From: Felis catus | Lineage: Eukaryota | NCBI RefSeq assembly: GCF_018350175.1 | Contig: NC_058373.1 | Location: 102,798,001-102,862,000, forward strand | Direction of reading: 5' to 3' | Length of the DNA: 64,000 bases | Part shown: in pieces, positions 63,380-64,000 of the stretch | Numbering within the stretch: the stretch's first letter is position 1 | How the letters are laid out: every line of letters begins with the position of its first letter | Program-made: the position numbers and the translations under genes | Notes under the pieces: generated by a model | Told to the model about the DNA's origin: nothing | The model's database searches: none | The model's input: the letters and a program-made list of their open reading frames with translations, nothing else

Positions 63380-64000
63380 CAAATTTCCCCTTTTTATAAG
63401 GACAGTAGTCATAGTGGATTAGGGGCCCACTTACTTTGACATGGCCTCATCTTAATTAATTATATTTATGATGACCCTATTCCCAAATAAGGTCACTTTC
63501 TGACATACTAAGGTCTAAGACTTTAACATAAGAATTTTGGTGGTAGTGGTGGTTGTGGGGACACAATTCAGCCCAATTTTGCCATGTGAGGTCAAGTGGC
63601 TGGCCTGACCAGAACAGGACAACCTCAGCTGCTGTGCTTTCTTGTTTGAATTTAGCATGTAATTCAGTCTAAAGAGAAGTTGTATCCTTTCAATGTTAGA
63701 GAATAATAATAATAATTTAAGAAAAGCAAGTGAGAAGAAAAGGGGACAAACTTAGAAGCTTCAGAAAACATAAAAAATTTAAAAAAAATCATCACTGTCA
63801 TTACCATCATCATCAATCTGTCCATTTATGCATCTACTTCCTTCCTTGTTGTAATAGCAGTAGAAAACCACAGCCACTCAACTGGCAAATCCTGGGAAAG
63901 CCCTCAGATAGAAATCTAAGCGGCAATAACACTGTATAGTTACTAAACTCCATACTCATGAGGATCGTTAAGTAACTCTAATCATTTATGAAATTTAGTC

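Larger units (their letters stand above)
61355..63577. mobile_element. MLT1 LTR split by an L1 insertion (halves ~61355-61636 and ~63380-63577)
   Basis: tatcacaaactaggtggtttaaataatagaaatttatt...tctggaggccagaagtctgagatcaag; second half ccctattcccaaataaggtcac...ggggacacaattcagccca. Confidence 0.8.

Overview
Mammalian genomic DNA from a feliform carnivore, most likely a cat, judged from about 20 cat-type Can-SINEs (SINEC_Fc). The window is repeat-rich (SINEC, MIR, L1, L2, MLT1/MaLR, hAT-Charlie MERs, microsatellites). I find no intact protein-coding gene; almost all track ORFs are SINE-, L1- or microsatellite-derived, or chance. The main feature is an old, near full-length processed retrocopy of CTDSP1 (SCP1, RNA Pol II CTD small phosphatase 1) on the minus strand, ~10220-13150. 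It is dead as a coding gene: ATG and stop lost, several frameshifts, and DLDET changed to ALDER. Its former CDS is nevertheless the only CpG island in the window. It appears to have gained NRF1, ETS/GABPA and CCAAT motifs at altered codons, and its 3'UTR keeps three miR-124 seed matches. Candidate splice-site-bounded exons lie on both sides. The working hypothesis is a retrocopy exapted as a possibly bidirectional CpG-island promoter for non-coding transcripts. Identifications rest on my recall of reference sequences; no searches were run.
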